Shown here in pieces: positions 51,207-59,520 of a stretch of DNA of 64,000 bases. Made by a program: the position numbers and the translations under genes. The DNA lies in assembly GCA_020348445.1 (NCBI GenBank), contig CP070751.1:3843765-3907764 (forward strand), given 5' to 3'. Numbering within the stretch: position 1 is the stretch's first letter; every line of letters begins with the position of its first letter. The notes beneath the pieces are model-generated. The model had not been told where the DNA came from. It saw only the letters and a program-made list of their open reading frames with translations, and ran no database searches. This DNA is from Thermoplasmata archaeon. Lineage in GTDB: Archaea; Thermoplasmatota; Thermoplasmata; GCA-020350865.

Positions 51207-51644
51207 TTATTTCTCTCCTAGAATGTTTGCGGCAAATTCGTCTAGTTTTTCCTCGAAACCATCTTCAAGAGGGCCTTTCATGCCTGTTACTTTGATTTTA
51301 AGGCCATCAGATGCCTTTGTCAATCCCTTGGGTTCGAGGAGCGCCTCCATTTTTTCGATTGTTTTGGTATTGGGGTCCATATGGGTTGTAATTAGAGCGT
51401 ACTTTGCTTCCTTTTTACCTATCTCCATCTTTTTCAGGAATTTCTTCATTTTTCCAGGAGGGCCTCCAACATGGGTTGGAGAACTAAAGACATAGATATC
51501 TGCTTGCGGCAGCGAATTTGGCTTAACATCTCGAATAGAAAATACCTCTGTCTCATGTCCTATCTTTGTAATTGCTCCACTTAAATAATGTGCACATTTT
51601 TCTCCATTTCCGAATTTGGATTCATAAGCAATACATACCTTCAT
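51207..51644 (-). CDS. Flavodoxin-like protein
   Basis: YESKFGNG FMN loop, SSPTHVG. Confidence 0.8.
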   Translation of the reverse strand: MKVCIAYESKFGNGEKCAHYLSGAITKIGHETEVFSIRDVKPNSLPQADIYVFSSPTHVGGPPGKMKKFLKKMEIGKKEAKYALITTHMDPNTKTIEKMEALLEPKGLTKASDGLKIKVTGMKGPLEDGFEEKLDEFAANILGEK

Positions 51645-51712
51645 ACCAACACCCAGACACTGTATATGATATAACTAAATAAATTTTTCATAAACAGGGA
51701 TTTTCCCAACAG

Positions 51713-52600
51713 TCATTTTATTTGGATATCCCCTTTATTATGTTTCTTTTTCCAGGCCCCATAGGCCTCATAAGCCGAAAAGAAGAACAATGAATTAGCG
51801 ATAAAAAGTTCTCTAATCTCGAATGCTCTGTTACCATTTAAGCGATATGCGGTGTCCAAATTGATATTTATTGCAATAACGAGCAAACCCATTATCATAA
51901 CCAAAGAGAACTGAAAAAAGGGATACTCGAAGTTACTGAAGAAAAGCCGAAATTTCCCTGAGAGTATGATTATTGTTGGGAGAGATACCGCTATTATCAT
52001 TAAGGAAATATACCAATGAAAACCAGGGTTGGAGTAGAAGACAAGTGCCATATAAAAGCATGCAATAAGATCAGGATTCACAATAGGGAGCTTGAGCCTA
52101 TCAAAAAACAAATCAGCCTTTTTCCATCCCAGTTTAAGAATTGGTAATATGATTCCTACAGAGATAACAAAAAGAGCCATGAGAATATGAATCCACATCA
52201 TTGAGTTCTCGATTCCGATGTTATGAACATTGGCCTCATCCTGCACATTTACATCTCGGAGGGTTTCTGGTGTTGAGTAACCAAAGAATCTCTGCCCCCA
52301 GCTGATCTCCTCAAAGAAAAAGAATAGAAATAGACCCAGAAATAGAATGTAAAAGAGGAACTGTCGCTTCTGACTTCCTTTGACTTTCGAAGTCATAAAG
52401 ATTGCGAAACCCCACACAGCAGCCCCTATTAGATAAAATACCGCCTGCATATTCTCTATTGCCCCGTCCTCTTTTACTAGGTCCTTTACTGCGTCTAAAT
52501 CCAAAAAGGCATATATGATCATAAAAAGACCGAATAAGAAAAATATGATGATGATAATACTTGCAGGAAATTTTCCTATGAATCTTTTTGTTTCGTTCAT
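51713..52600 (-). CDS. Multi-pass membrane protein (EEISWGQR family)
   Basis: About 8 TM helices, EDGAIEN and FFEEISWGQR-NVHN motifs. Confidence 0.7.
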   Translation of the reverse strand: MNETKRFIGKFPASIIIIIFFLFGLFMIIYAFLDLDAVKDLVKEDGAIENMQAVFYLIGAAVWGFAIFMTSKVKGSQKRQFLFYILFLGLFLFFFFEEISWGQRFFGYSTPETLRDVNVQDEANVHNIGIENSMMWIHILMALFVISVGIILPILKLGWKKADLFFDRLKLPIVNPDLIACFYMALVFYSNPGFHWYISLMIIAVSLPTIIILSGKFRLFFSNFEYPFFQFSLVMIMGLLVIAININLDTAYRLNGNRAFEIRELFIANSLFFFSAYEAYGAWKKKHNKGDIQIK

Positions 52601-52661
52601 CTTCAATCGTCTTTGAGAATGAAGATTCATATAAATCTAATTTGCTATCCATAATAAACAA

Positions 52662-52876
52662 TAGCTCCGGGCCGAAGAAATACGATATAATTGATATGTC
52701 ATTATATTTCTAGGCAAGGGGCTACTCTGGATGACGACTAGAAAAAGATAAAGAGTAGCTCCGGGCCGAAGAAATAAGACCTAATTGATGTTCTATTATA
52801 TTTCTAGGCAAGGGGCTACTCTGGGGGAAGACTAGAAAAAGATAAAGAGTAGCCCCGGGTGGATTCGAACCACCGC
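52662..52876 (-). repeat. Tandem array of tRNA-Gln 3'-end copies (two 94-bp units plus a T-arm/acceptor fragment)
   Basis: Plus-strand TAGCYCCGGG at 52662, 52756, 52850 and 52981; the units share TATATTTCTAGGCAAGGGGCTACTCTGG. Confidence 0.9.
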
Positions 52877-52980
52877 CTAAACCTTTTGGCATCTCCCTCC
52901 GCTGGGCAACCCCTCACAAAAGGTTTTAGGGTCATCCCAAAACTCGGGGTCGTCCTGCTCACTCGATGATAAATAAAGAG

Positions 52981-53054
52981 TAGCTCCGGGTGGATTCGAA
53001 CCACCGTCACGGGATCCAGAATCCCGCATGATTGACCACCTACAATACGGAGCT
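52981..53054 (-). tRNA. tRNA-Gln(CUG), archaeal type, A1-U72, discriminator A73
   Basis: AGCTCCG-TA-TTGT-AGGTGGTCAA-TCAT-G-CGGGA-TTCTGGA-TCCCG-TGAC-GGTGG-TTCGAAT-CCACC-CGGAGCT-A; TTTAATA box about 33 nt upstream. Confidence 0.93.
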
Positions 53055-53233
53055 ATGTTTGTAACTTCTATGGACGAAATAGGTCCGTATTAAAGTGGAA
53101 AAACGATATTATTTATTTTTGCACATTTTTCCACGGGAATACGAAGCTTTTACTATTAATTTTGATATATTTCAATTAAGGTTTGTAAAAGCAAAACATG
53201 AACATAAAGTTTTATCGTATAAAAAGGGCGAAT

Positions 53234-54925
53234 TTAAGTTGTTTTTTGTTGCTGCTGTTTTTGAATCTTGGCCCATGTGTCCCTCAATCCGACGGTTCTG
53301 TTGAAAATCAGCTTCTCTGAGTTGGAATCTGGGTCCACACAGAAATAACCAAGTCGCTCGAATTGGATTCGATCCAACGGTTTAAGGTTCTTTACTGCAG
53401 GTTCTATCTTACATGATGTTAGAACTTCGAGGGAATTAGGATTAATGAAATCCTTAAAGTCCGCATCCTTATGTCCCGCGGGGTCCTTCTCTGTAAAAAG
53501 CTTGTCGTACAACCTAACCTCGGCATCCATTGCGTGGCGAGCTGAAACCCAATGCAATGTGGATTTTACTTTACGACCATCAGGTGCATTGCCCCCTCGC
53601 GTATCGGGATCCACGGTACATCTGAGCTCAACGACCTTCCCATTCTGTTTAATAGCCTCCTTGCACTTAACAAAGTACGCATATCTGAACCGCACCTCAC
53701 GACCTGGTGCTAAGCGGTAGAACTTCTTGGGAGGTTCCTCCATAAAATCCTCTTCCTCGATGCAAAGCTCCCTGGAAAAGGGTACCTTTCGAGTCCCTGC
53801 TGATGGGTCCTCTGGATTGTTTACAGCCTCCATCTCCTCCACCTTATCATCGGGGTAATTTTCAATAACCACCTTGAGCGGTTGAAGTACACCCATGAAC
53901 CTTGGGGCTGTTTTATTCAAATCTTCCCTTATACAATATTCAAGAAATTCGAAGTCAACCATACTGTTTACCTTGGCCACGCCGATTCGCTTGCAGAAAT
54001 TTCTAATTGCAGCTGGAGAATAACCTCGTCTTCTCATTCCGCTTATCGTGGGTAACCTGGGATCATCCCACCCATTGACGTGACCCTCATCCACCAATTG
54101 TTTGAGCATACGCTTGCTCATTACAGTATAGGTAATATTCAACCTGGCGAATTCAATTTGTTGTGGATGATAGACCTCTATTTGATCCAAGAACCAATCG
54201 TATAAAGGTCTGTGATTCTCGAACTCTAAAGTGCAGATGGAATGCGTGATGTTCTCGATTGAATCTTCAAGCCCGTGTGCCCAGTCGTACATGGGATAGA
54301 TGCACCATTTTTCACCTGTGTTGTGATGACTCGCATGTAGGATTCGATATACAATTGGGTCCCGCATATTCATATTTGGGTGCGACATGTCTATCTTGGC
54401 CCTAAGAACCTTTTCACCATCTCCAAACTCACCAGCCCTCATTCTTGTGAACACATCAAGGTTTTCTTCTATTGACCTATCACGATAGGGACTTTTCTGT
54501 CCGGGACTTGTAAGGGTTCCTCTTGTTCTGCTGATTTCATCTGCAGTTGAATCATCTACGTATGCCTTACCTCTTTTAACCAACTCAACAGCATAATCAT
54601 ACATTTGATCAAAGTAATCCGAAGCAAAAAAGAGCCTATCCTCCCAGTCAAATCCAAGCCATCTTACATCCTCGATTATAGATCTAACATATTCCTCTTC
54701 CTCTTTTGCTGGATTGGTATCATCGAATCTGAGATTGCACTTGCCCTTGTAATCCTCTGCTATGCCAAAGTTCAGGCAGATAGACTTTGCATGCCCAATG
54801 TGCAGATAGCCGTTGGGTTCGGGTGGGAACCTTGTATGAACTCGACCACCGTATTTATTCGTCCTTAGGTCTTCATTGATTATATCGCGAATGAAATCGT
54901 GAGCCTCTGCCTCTTCACTGGGCAT
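53234..54925 (-). CDS. glnS: Glutaminyl-tRNA synthetase, bacterial type
   Basis: [69 protein letters not shown]; AAGGTGA RBS before ATG 54925. Confidence 0.97.
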   Translation of the reverse strand: MPSEEAEAHDFIRDIINEDLRTNKYGGRVHTRFPPEPNGYLHIGHAKSICLNFGIAEDYKGKCNLRFDDTNPAKEEEEYVRSIIEDVRWLGFDWEDRLFFASDYFDQMYDYAVELVKRGKAYVDDSTADEISRTRGTLTSPGQKSPYRDRSIEENLDVFTRMRAGEFGDGEKVLRAKIDMSHPNMNMRDPIVYRILHASHHNTGEKWCIYPMYDWAHGLEDSIENITHSICTLEFENHRPLYDWFLDQIEVYHPQQIEFARLNITYTVMSKRMLKQLVDEGHVNGWDDPRLPTISGMRRRGYSPAAIRNFCKRIGVAKVNSMVDFEFLEYCIREDLNKTAPRFMGVLQPLKVVIENYPDDKVEEMEAVNNPEDPSAGTRKVPFSRELCIEEEDFMEEPPKKFYRLAPGREVRFRYAYFVKCKEAIKQNGKVVELRCTVDPDTRGGNAPDGRKVKSTLHWVSARHAMDAEVRLYDKLFTEKDPAGHKDADFKDFINPNSLEVLTSCKIEPAVKNLKPLDRIQFERLGYFCVDPDSNSEKLIFNRTVGLRDTWAKIQKQQQQKTT

Positions 54926-55075
54926 ATCTTTCACCTTAATGAGTTTGGGTTAGTAACATTTACTATTATAATTATTTTGTTAAAAGTTTTGATCTATGAA
55001 ATAAATATATTCACTCTCCCCTTACACACAAATATATATATAAAAAACAAATTCTGTTTTTATGGAGGTTAATAA

Positions 55076-55435
55076 ATGGCAAGAGTAGTACATTTCGATA
55101 TTAGTGCAGAAAATCCACAAGAATTGAGAAAATTTTATGAAACTGTTTTTGGATGGAGGTTTGAGAAATGGGAAGGCCCCATGGAGTACTGGATGATCAT
55201 GACAGGGGAGGGACCTGGAATCGATGGAGGAATGTCAAAGAGGGGAGAGCAGAACATGGACATAAATACCATCGACGTCCCAAATCTGGATGAGTTTATT
55301 CAAAAGGTTCAGGAAAAAAGAGCCACCATTGTTGCGCCTAAGATAGCTATTCCGGGAATTGGCTGGTATGCGGTTTTCAAGGATTCCGAGGGTAACATAT
55401 TCGGCATGATGCAGGACGACAAAGAAGCGAAATGA
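55076..55435 (+). CDS. VOC/glyoxalase family protein
   Basis: VVHFDI, FYETVFGW, IPGIGWYAVFKDSEGNIFGM; GGAGGT RBS. Confidence 0.88.
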   Translation: MARVVHFDISAENPQELRKFYETVFGWRFEKWEGPMEYWMIMTGEGPGIDGGMSKRGEQNMDINTIDVPNLDEFIQKVQEKRATIVAPKIAIPGIGWYAVFKDSEGNIFGMMQDDKEAK

Positions 55436-55464
55436 GTAAAAAGCCCCGGCCCCGAGAAACAGAT

Positions 55465-55770
55465 TCTATCAGCCCCGGCCTCTTCGTGCTTAAGAACCCA
55501 ACATATCCAAGCATAACACGAAGAGAAAGGGGCTGTTTCGTTTCTCTACAATTTAAATTAGAGAAACAGCCCCGGCCAGAATCGAACTGGCGCCAAGAGA
55601 TCCAAAGTCTCTGATGCTACCTCTACACCACGGGGCTATTTGGTTGGAACATTAATTCAGTCAAATAGCCCCTTCGTAGTAAGAAAAGCTTTGGGTTCTT
55701 GCTAGGTTTTCTTTTCTTCCTACCACGGGGCTATTTTACCACCACGGGGCTTCTTAGTTTTATTTATACT
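55465..55770. repeat. 406-bp-period direct repeat unit A (contains tRNA-Gln UUG)
   Basis: Landmarks recur at exactly +406: 55471/55877, 55529/55935, 55567/55973, 55662/56068, 55721/56127. Confidence 0.92.
55567..55637 (-). tRNA. tRNA-Gln(UUG), atypical, discriminator G73
   Basis: AGCCCCG-TG-GTGT-AGAGGTA-GCAT-C-AGAGA-CTTTGGA-TCTCT-TGGC-GCCAG-TTCGATT-CTGGC-CGGGGCT-G. Confidence 0.9.
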
Positions 55771-55870
55771 TTGATACGAATCCCCTTAGCATTAAGAAAA
55801 GCGTTCAAATTCTAATGGGAATTCTTTTCTTAATACCACGGGACTACTTTACTTTTATTTATTCAATTCT

Positions 55871-56176
55871 ACTTTCAGCCCCGGCCTCCTCGTGCTTAAG
55901 ATCCAAGCGTTTTTAAGCATAACGCGAGGGGGAAGGGGCTGTTTCGTTTCTCTACAATTTAAATTAGAGAAACAGCCCCGGCCAGATTCGAACTGGCGCC
56001 AAGAGATCCAGAGTCTCTGATGCTACCTCTACACCACGGGGCTATTTGGTTGGAACATTAATTCATTCAAATAGCCCCTTTGCAGTAAAAAAAGCGTTGG
56101 GATAGTGTTGTGTTTTCTTTTTTTACTACCACGGGGCTACTGCACTCTTAAACAACCTCGGGGCTTATTTGATGCA
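55871..56176. repeat. 406-bp-period direct repeat unit B (contains tRNA-Gln CUG)
   Basis: See unit A. Confidence 0.92.
55973..56043 (-). tRNA. tRNA-Gln(CUG), atypical, discriminator G73
   Basis: Same body as 55567-55637 except anticodon CTG and T-loop TTCGAAT. Confidence 0.9.
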
Positions 56177-56229
56177 AGAGAATGCATAAACAATTATAAA
56201 AATCATTGGTTGTGAAAAATATGTTTTAG

Positions 56230-57792
56230 CTATTTGGCTACTTCCCCGATTCTTCCCACAACAAATCCCTTGTCCAAGGTGGATAAAAAATAACCTAGCC
56301 TAGGCCCATGCTTCTGATCGAGTATTGCCTGATATACCAGTTGAAAGGCCGTTTTAGACTTGATATTCTGGATCTGAGCCAATTCATAAATCGCATTATG
56401 GATGGCATCAGGTGCCCATTCCTCTTGGGTGAGCTTGATTGATAGGTCTTCAAGGTATTTCTTATGGTCGGATTCCAAGGTTATCTTAGGAGTTTCCTTT
56501 GCGATTGAGAACTTAACCTTTTCAGGTGCAAAATTGTCAAGCCAGAACTTCACACATCCTATTCTCTGCTTTAGGTGATTCTCATCCTCTTTGCTGAGAC
56601 TTTCAAAATGCTCTGCCCTCTTCAAGATATCTAGGATTCCTTCAAAGTCCTCATTGATCTGAACAACACTTACAAGATGTCTATAAGGTATTTGCAAAGG
56701 AAGTTTAGAGGGAAGGGAAAAAGGCTGAGAGAGTTCATAGGTTCTCGCCAATTCCTCCTCAATCTTCTCGATTCGTTTGGACTTGTCATCTGCGCTACCT
56801 TCGAAATATCTTTTCTCTGTTGAGTCGTATTCGTCCACGAGGTTTAGAATTCCAAGGCCTGGATCAAAATCAAGATGCTTAATTGGATTGTTTCTAAGAA
56901 CAAAGTACCTGAAAACCTCGGGAGGGGTCATCTTAAGCATTTTGGCTGCGCTGATCACAACACCAGTCGAGGATGACATGGCACCCTTACCCTTTAACTG
57001 AATCCATTCGTAGACAACATATTGTGGAGCCTTCCTATCAAAGACCTCCTCTGAAATCCTCTTTGCTGTGTCGTACGATCCTCCAGCTGCTGCATGATCT
57101 TTACCAAAAGGTTCGAATGTAACCCCTAAAAACCACCACCTTGCAGGCCAATCAACCCTCCACGGTAGCTTGCCATCGTCTTTTCGCAAATCCGCTTTAC
57201 CTTCATGACCACAAGAGCAAGTATAATTGACATATGGAAATTCATAGCCAATGACCTTGGTTGTGGTAAGCCGCCCACATTCACTGCACTTCGGATTGTA
57301 AGGAAACCAGTCATCGGGAAGATCACGTTTTGAAATATCCTGGAGTATCTCCTTTATCCTATCTTTATTGTCCAGCACCTTTCTAGATGCCTCTGTGTAC
57401 ATTCCCTGAGCGTACATTTCATGGGAGAGAAGGACATTGGCCTCTATCCCAAGAGTTTTTGCAGCATCGAGAAATGGAGTAAGAAAATGCTCGGCATAGG
57501 ACTTGTGGCTACTGCATGGACAGGGAATTTCGGAGAGAGGTTTACCCACGTGCTCCTTATAGCTTTCATCTAAAAAAGGATAAACCTTACGAAGGGGGTC
57601 GATGGTATCGCCAATGTATATCAATTGGGCTTCAACATTCTTCTGTTTAAGACCCCGAGTTATTACCTCACCTGTAAGAATCTCCCGCATATTGCCAACA
57701 TGGATGTCTCCAGAAGGGGTAATCCCTGTAGCTATCACATGCCTTTCAGAAAAACTTTGGAGCCTCTTACTCTCAACGTCAACCCAGTGCAT
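56230..57792 (-). CDS. lysS: Class I lysyl-tRNA synthetase
   Basis: MHWVD, TGITPSGDIHVGN, GKLPWRVDWPARW, GKDHAAAGGS, MSSSTG, GPRLG. Confidence 0.95.
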   Translation of the reverse strand: MHWVDVESKRLQSFSERHVIATGITPSGDIHVGNMREILTGEVITRGLKQKNVEAQLIYIGDTIDPLRKVYPFLDESYKEHVGKPLSEIPCPCSSHKSYAEHFLTPFLDAAKTLGIEANVLLSHEMYAQGMYTEASRKVLDNKDRIKEILQDISKRDLPDDWFPYNPKCSECGRLTTTKVIGYEFPYVNYTCSCGHEGKADLRKDDGKLPWRVDWPARWWFLGVTFEPFGKDHAAAGGSYDTAKRISEEVFDRKAPQYVVYEWIQLKGKGAMSSSTGVVISAAKMLKMTPPEVFRYFVLRNNPIKHLDFDPGLGILNLVDEYDSTEKRYFEGSADDKSKRIEKIEEELARTYELSQPFSLPSKLPLQIPYRHLVSVVQINEDFEGILDILKRAEHFESLSKEDENHLKQRIGCVKFWLDNFAPEKVKFSIAKETPKITLESDHKKYLEDLSIKLTQEEWAPDAIHNAIYELAQIQNIKSKTAFQLVYQAILDQKHGPRLGYFLSTLDKGFVVGRIGEVAK

Positions 57793-57796
57793 TCTC

Positions 57797-58393
57797 TCAC
57801 GCAATCGTACGGGCTCTAATAAGCGATCTAGTGGGCACACCATCCATTTCGTACATAGGTGTCTTGTTCACAATAACCACGGACAACAAAGGATTGGCTC
57901 CCTGCTCCTTCAAATCGGCAATGGCACACTTCATAACATGTCCGGTGCTTATCACGTCATCCACAATTACTACATCCTTGCCCTCCAAGGTAGCATAATT
58001 CGAACTAAAGGTACCCTTGCCTTCATCGGTAACTGGTGGCCTGTAAATACCAAGCTCCAGTCCCAGATCCTCGGCAACCATTGTAGCAAAAGGTATTCCA
58101 TTAATTGCTATACCCACCACGCAATCCACCTTTTCTATCTCCTGCTTTTCCATCTCCTCGAGGATGACATCGGAAAACAAACCCGCTATTAAACCGATGC
58201 GACCTCCGTATACACCGATTGATCTCCAACCAACCTTCACATCTATGGGAGGCTTCTCAACCTTCACATTCCTTGTCAAAAGCCAAGATACAGTATCAAC
58301 AGAAAGGTGCAGTTCATGAGATATTTCACTCTCACTGAGACCGTTTCTCTTGAACTCTAGAGCCTTTTCTACGAGAGCATCGATACTTTTCAT
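57797..58393 (-). CDS. Orotate-PRTase-like protein with N-terminal HTH (GfcR-like)
   Basis: N-terminal EISHELHLSVDTVSWLL HTH, DVKVGWRSIG, FSSNYA, VIVDDVISTG. Confidence 0.85.
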   Translation of the reverse strand: MKSIDALVEKALEFKRNGLSESEISHELHLSVDTVSWLLTRNVKVEKPPIDVKVGWRSIGVYGGRIGLIAGLFSDVILEEMEKQEIEKVDCVVGIAINGIPFATMVAEDLGLELGIYRPPVTDEGKGTFSSNYATLEGKDVVIVDDVISTGHVMKCAIADLKEQGANPLLSVVIVNKTPMYEMDGVPTRSLIRARTIA

Positions 58394-58460
58394 AATCAAC
58401 CCTCCCAACCTAATCGGCTAATGTCTATATTAGATTTTGCTTATAATTATTTCGAGGATA

Positions 58461-59330
58461 TCATTTGCCAAATTCTTTTTTAGAATCCATTGTTGCGGAT
58501 CGAATGTCCTTTTCTAGAAGCCTTTGAAGTTCTGAAAAAAGTTCCATTCTCGTATCCCTTATAGTAGGGCGAAATTCCCTTGCAGTGGAAAGCTCCTTCA
58601 GATCTATATCACATTTTACGACATCTTCCTTGAAATATTCACCTTTTGCTTTAACATCCCCCCTTGGGCCGATTGCGGTATTACCGCCCCAGTATACCAT
58701 ATTCAACTCGGTTCCCACCAGATTAGTGTAAGTGAAGAAAATCGTGTTCTCAATGGCTCTGGAAACGATCACCTTTTCAAAAAATGGTCTCGTAGTCGAG
58801 GGGGAGGCAGAAATACACACCAAGATGTCTGCTCCTTTCAGAGCATATATCTTGGACACCTCTGGGAAGAAACAGTCAAAGCATATCAACATTCCAATTT
58901 TCCCGATCTTGGTTTCAAAAACGGGTAGCTCATTACCATAACCAAAGTATTGGTGTTCCTCAAATGGCCCAAAATTGGCAAGGTGCAATTTTCTGTAACA
59001 GCCTACCTCTTCATTTGGATAGACCAAAACAGAGCTGTTGTAATATAGGCCCTCTGGCTCCATTGCCTTCTCAGGCATGCCGAAGACGATGTGCGTGTCA
59101 TATTCTTTCGCAATCCTTGCAACCTGCATAGCTGAGGGGCCATCAAGAGGTTCGGCAAGCTTCGTGAGGTTGTCACGGCACATATAGCCAGAAAGGAACA
59201 ATTCCCCAAATACAACGATATCTGAATCCGAAGTTTTTACTACATTCTCTATTTTATCCAGATTTGTTTTTTTATCCCCTAAAGCGCAAAATTGCTGTGC
59301 AAGAGTTAATTTCATTACCGTCACCACCAA
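58461..59330 (-). CDS. Carbon-nitrogen hydrolase (nitrilase family)
   Basis: E (FGELF), K (YRKLHL), C (ICFD) catalytic triad. Confidence 0.9.
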   Translation of the reverse strand: MVVTVMKLTLAQQFCALGDKKTNLDKIENVVKTSDSDIVVFGELFLSGYMCRDNLTKLAEPLDGPSAMQVARIAKEYDTHIVFGMPEKAMEPEGLYYNSSVLVYPNEEVGCYRKLHLANFGPFEEHQYFGYGNELPVFETKIGKIGMLICFDCFFPEVSKIYALKGADILVCISASPSTTRPFFEKVIVSRAIENTIFFTYTNLVGTELNMVYWGGNTAIGPRGDVKAKGEYFKEDVVKCDIDLKELSTAREFRPTIRDTRMELFSELQRLLEKDIRSATMDSKKEFGK

Positions 59331-59520
59331 TAACTTTAGATAGGAATTGCGTTAATATATAATATCTATTATGTTGTATATGCTTGAATAAAATGAGATA
59401 TAGTATTGAGGAATAAAGGAGATTGAATCTGAAAATCAAAATATTACATCCACAAAGAAAATTCTAAATACCAACGATAAATTGTAGATAGGGAATAATT
59501 CGCAAAAGAGGTTTAAAGCC

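Noticed and set aside
52662-52876. CRISPR array
   Set aside because: Repeats are about 94-bp tRNA-derived units with only short variable segments; no unique spacers and no cas genes
52850-52876. Split (trans-spliced) tRNA 3' half
   Set aside because: Fragment starts at the T-arm, not at a known split position near the anticodon; no matching 5' half with a complementary leader was found
52876-52980. c-di-GMP or other riboswitch
   Set aside because: Only scattered word matches (CCTAAA, GGGGTTGCC); consensus order and P2 GAAA loop absent; no downstream ORF
55432-55614. 60-aa ORF in the track
   Set aside because: Antisense shadow over tRNA-Gln and its repeats
56230-57792. Class I LysRS
   Set aside because: Normal for many archaea
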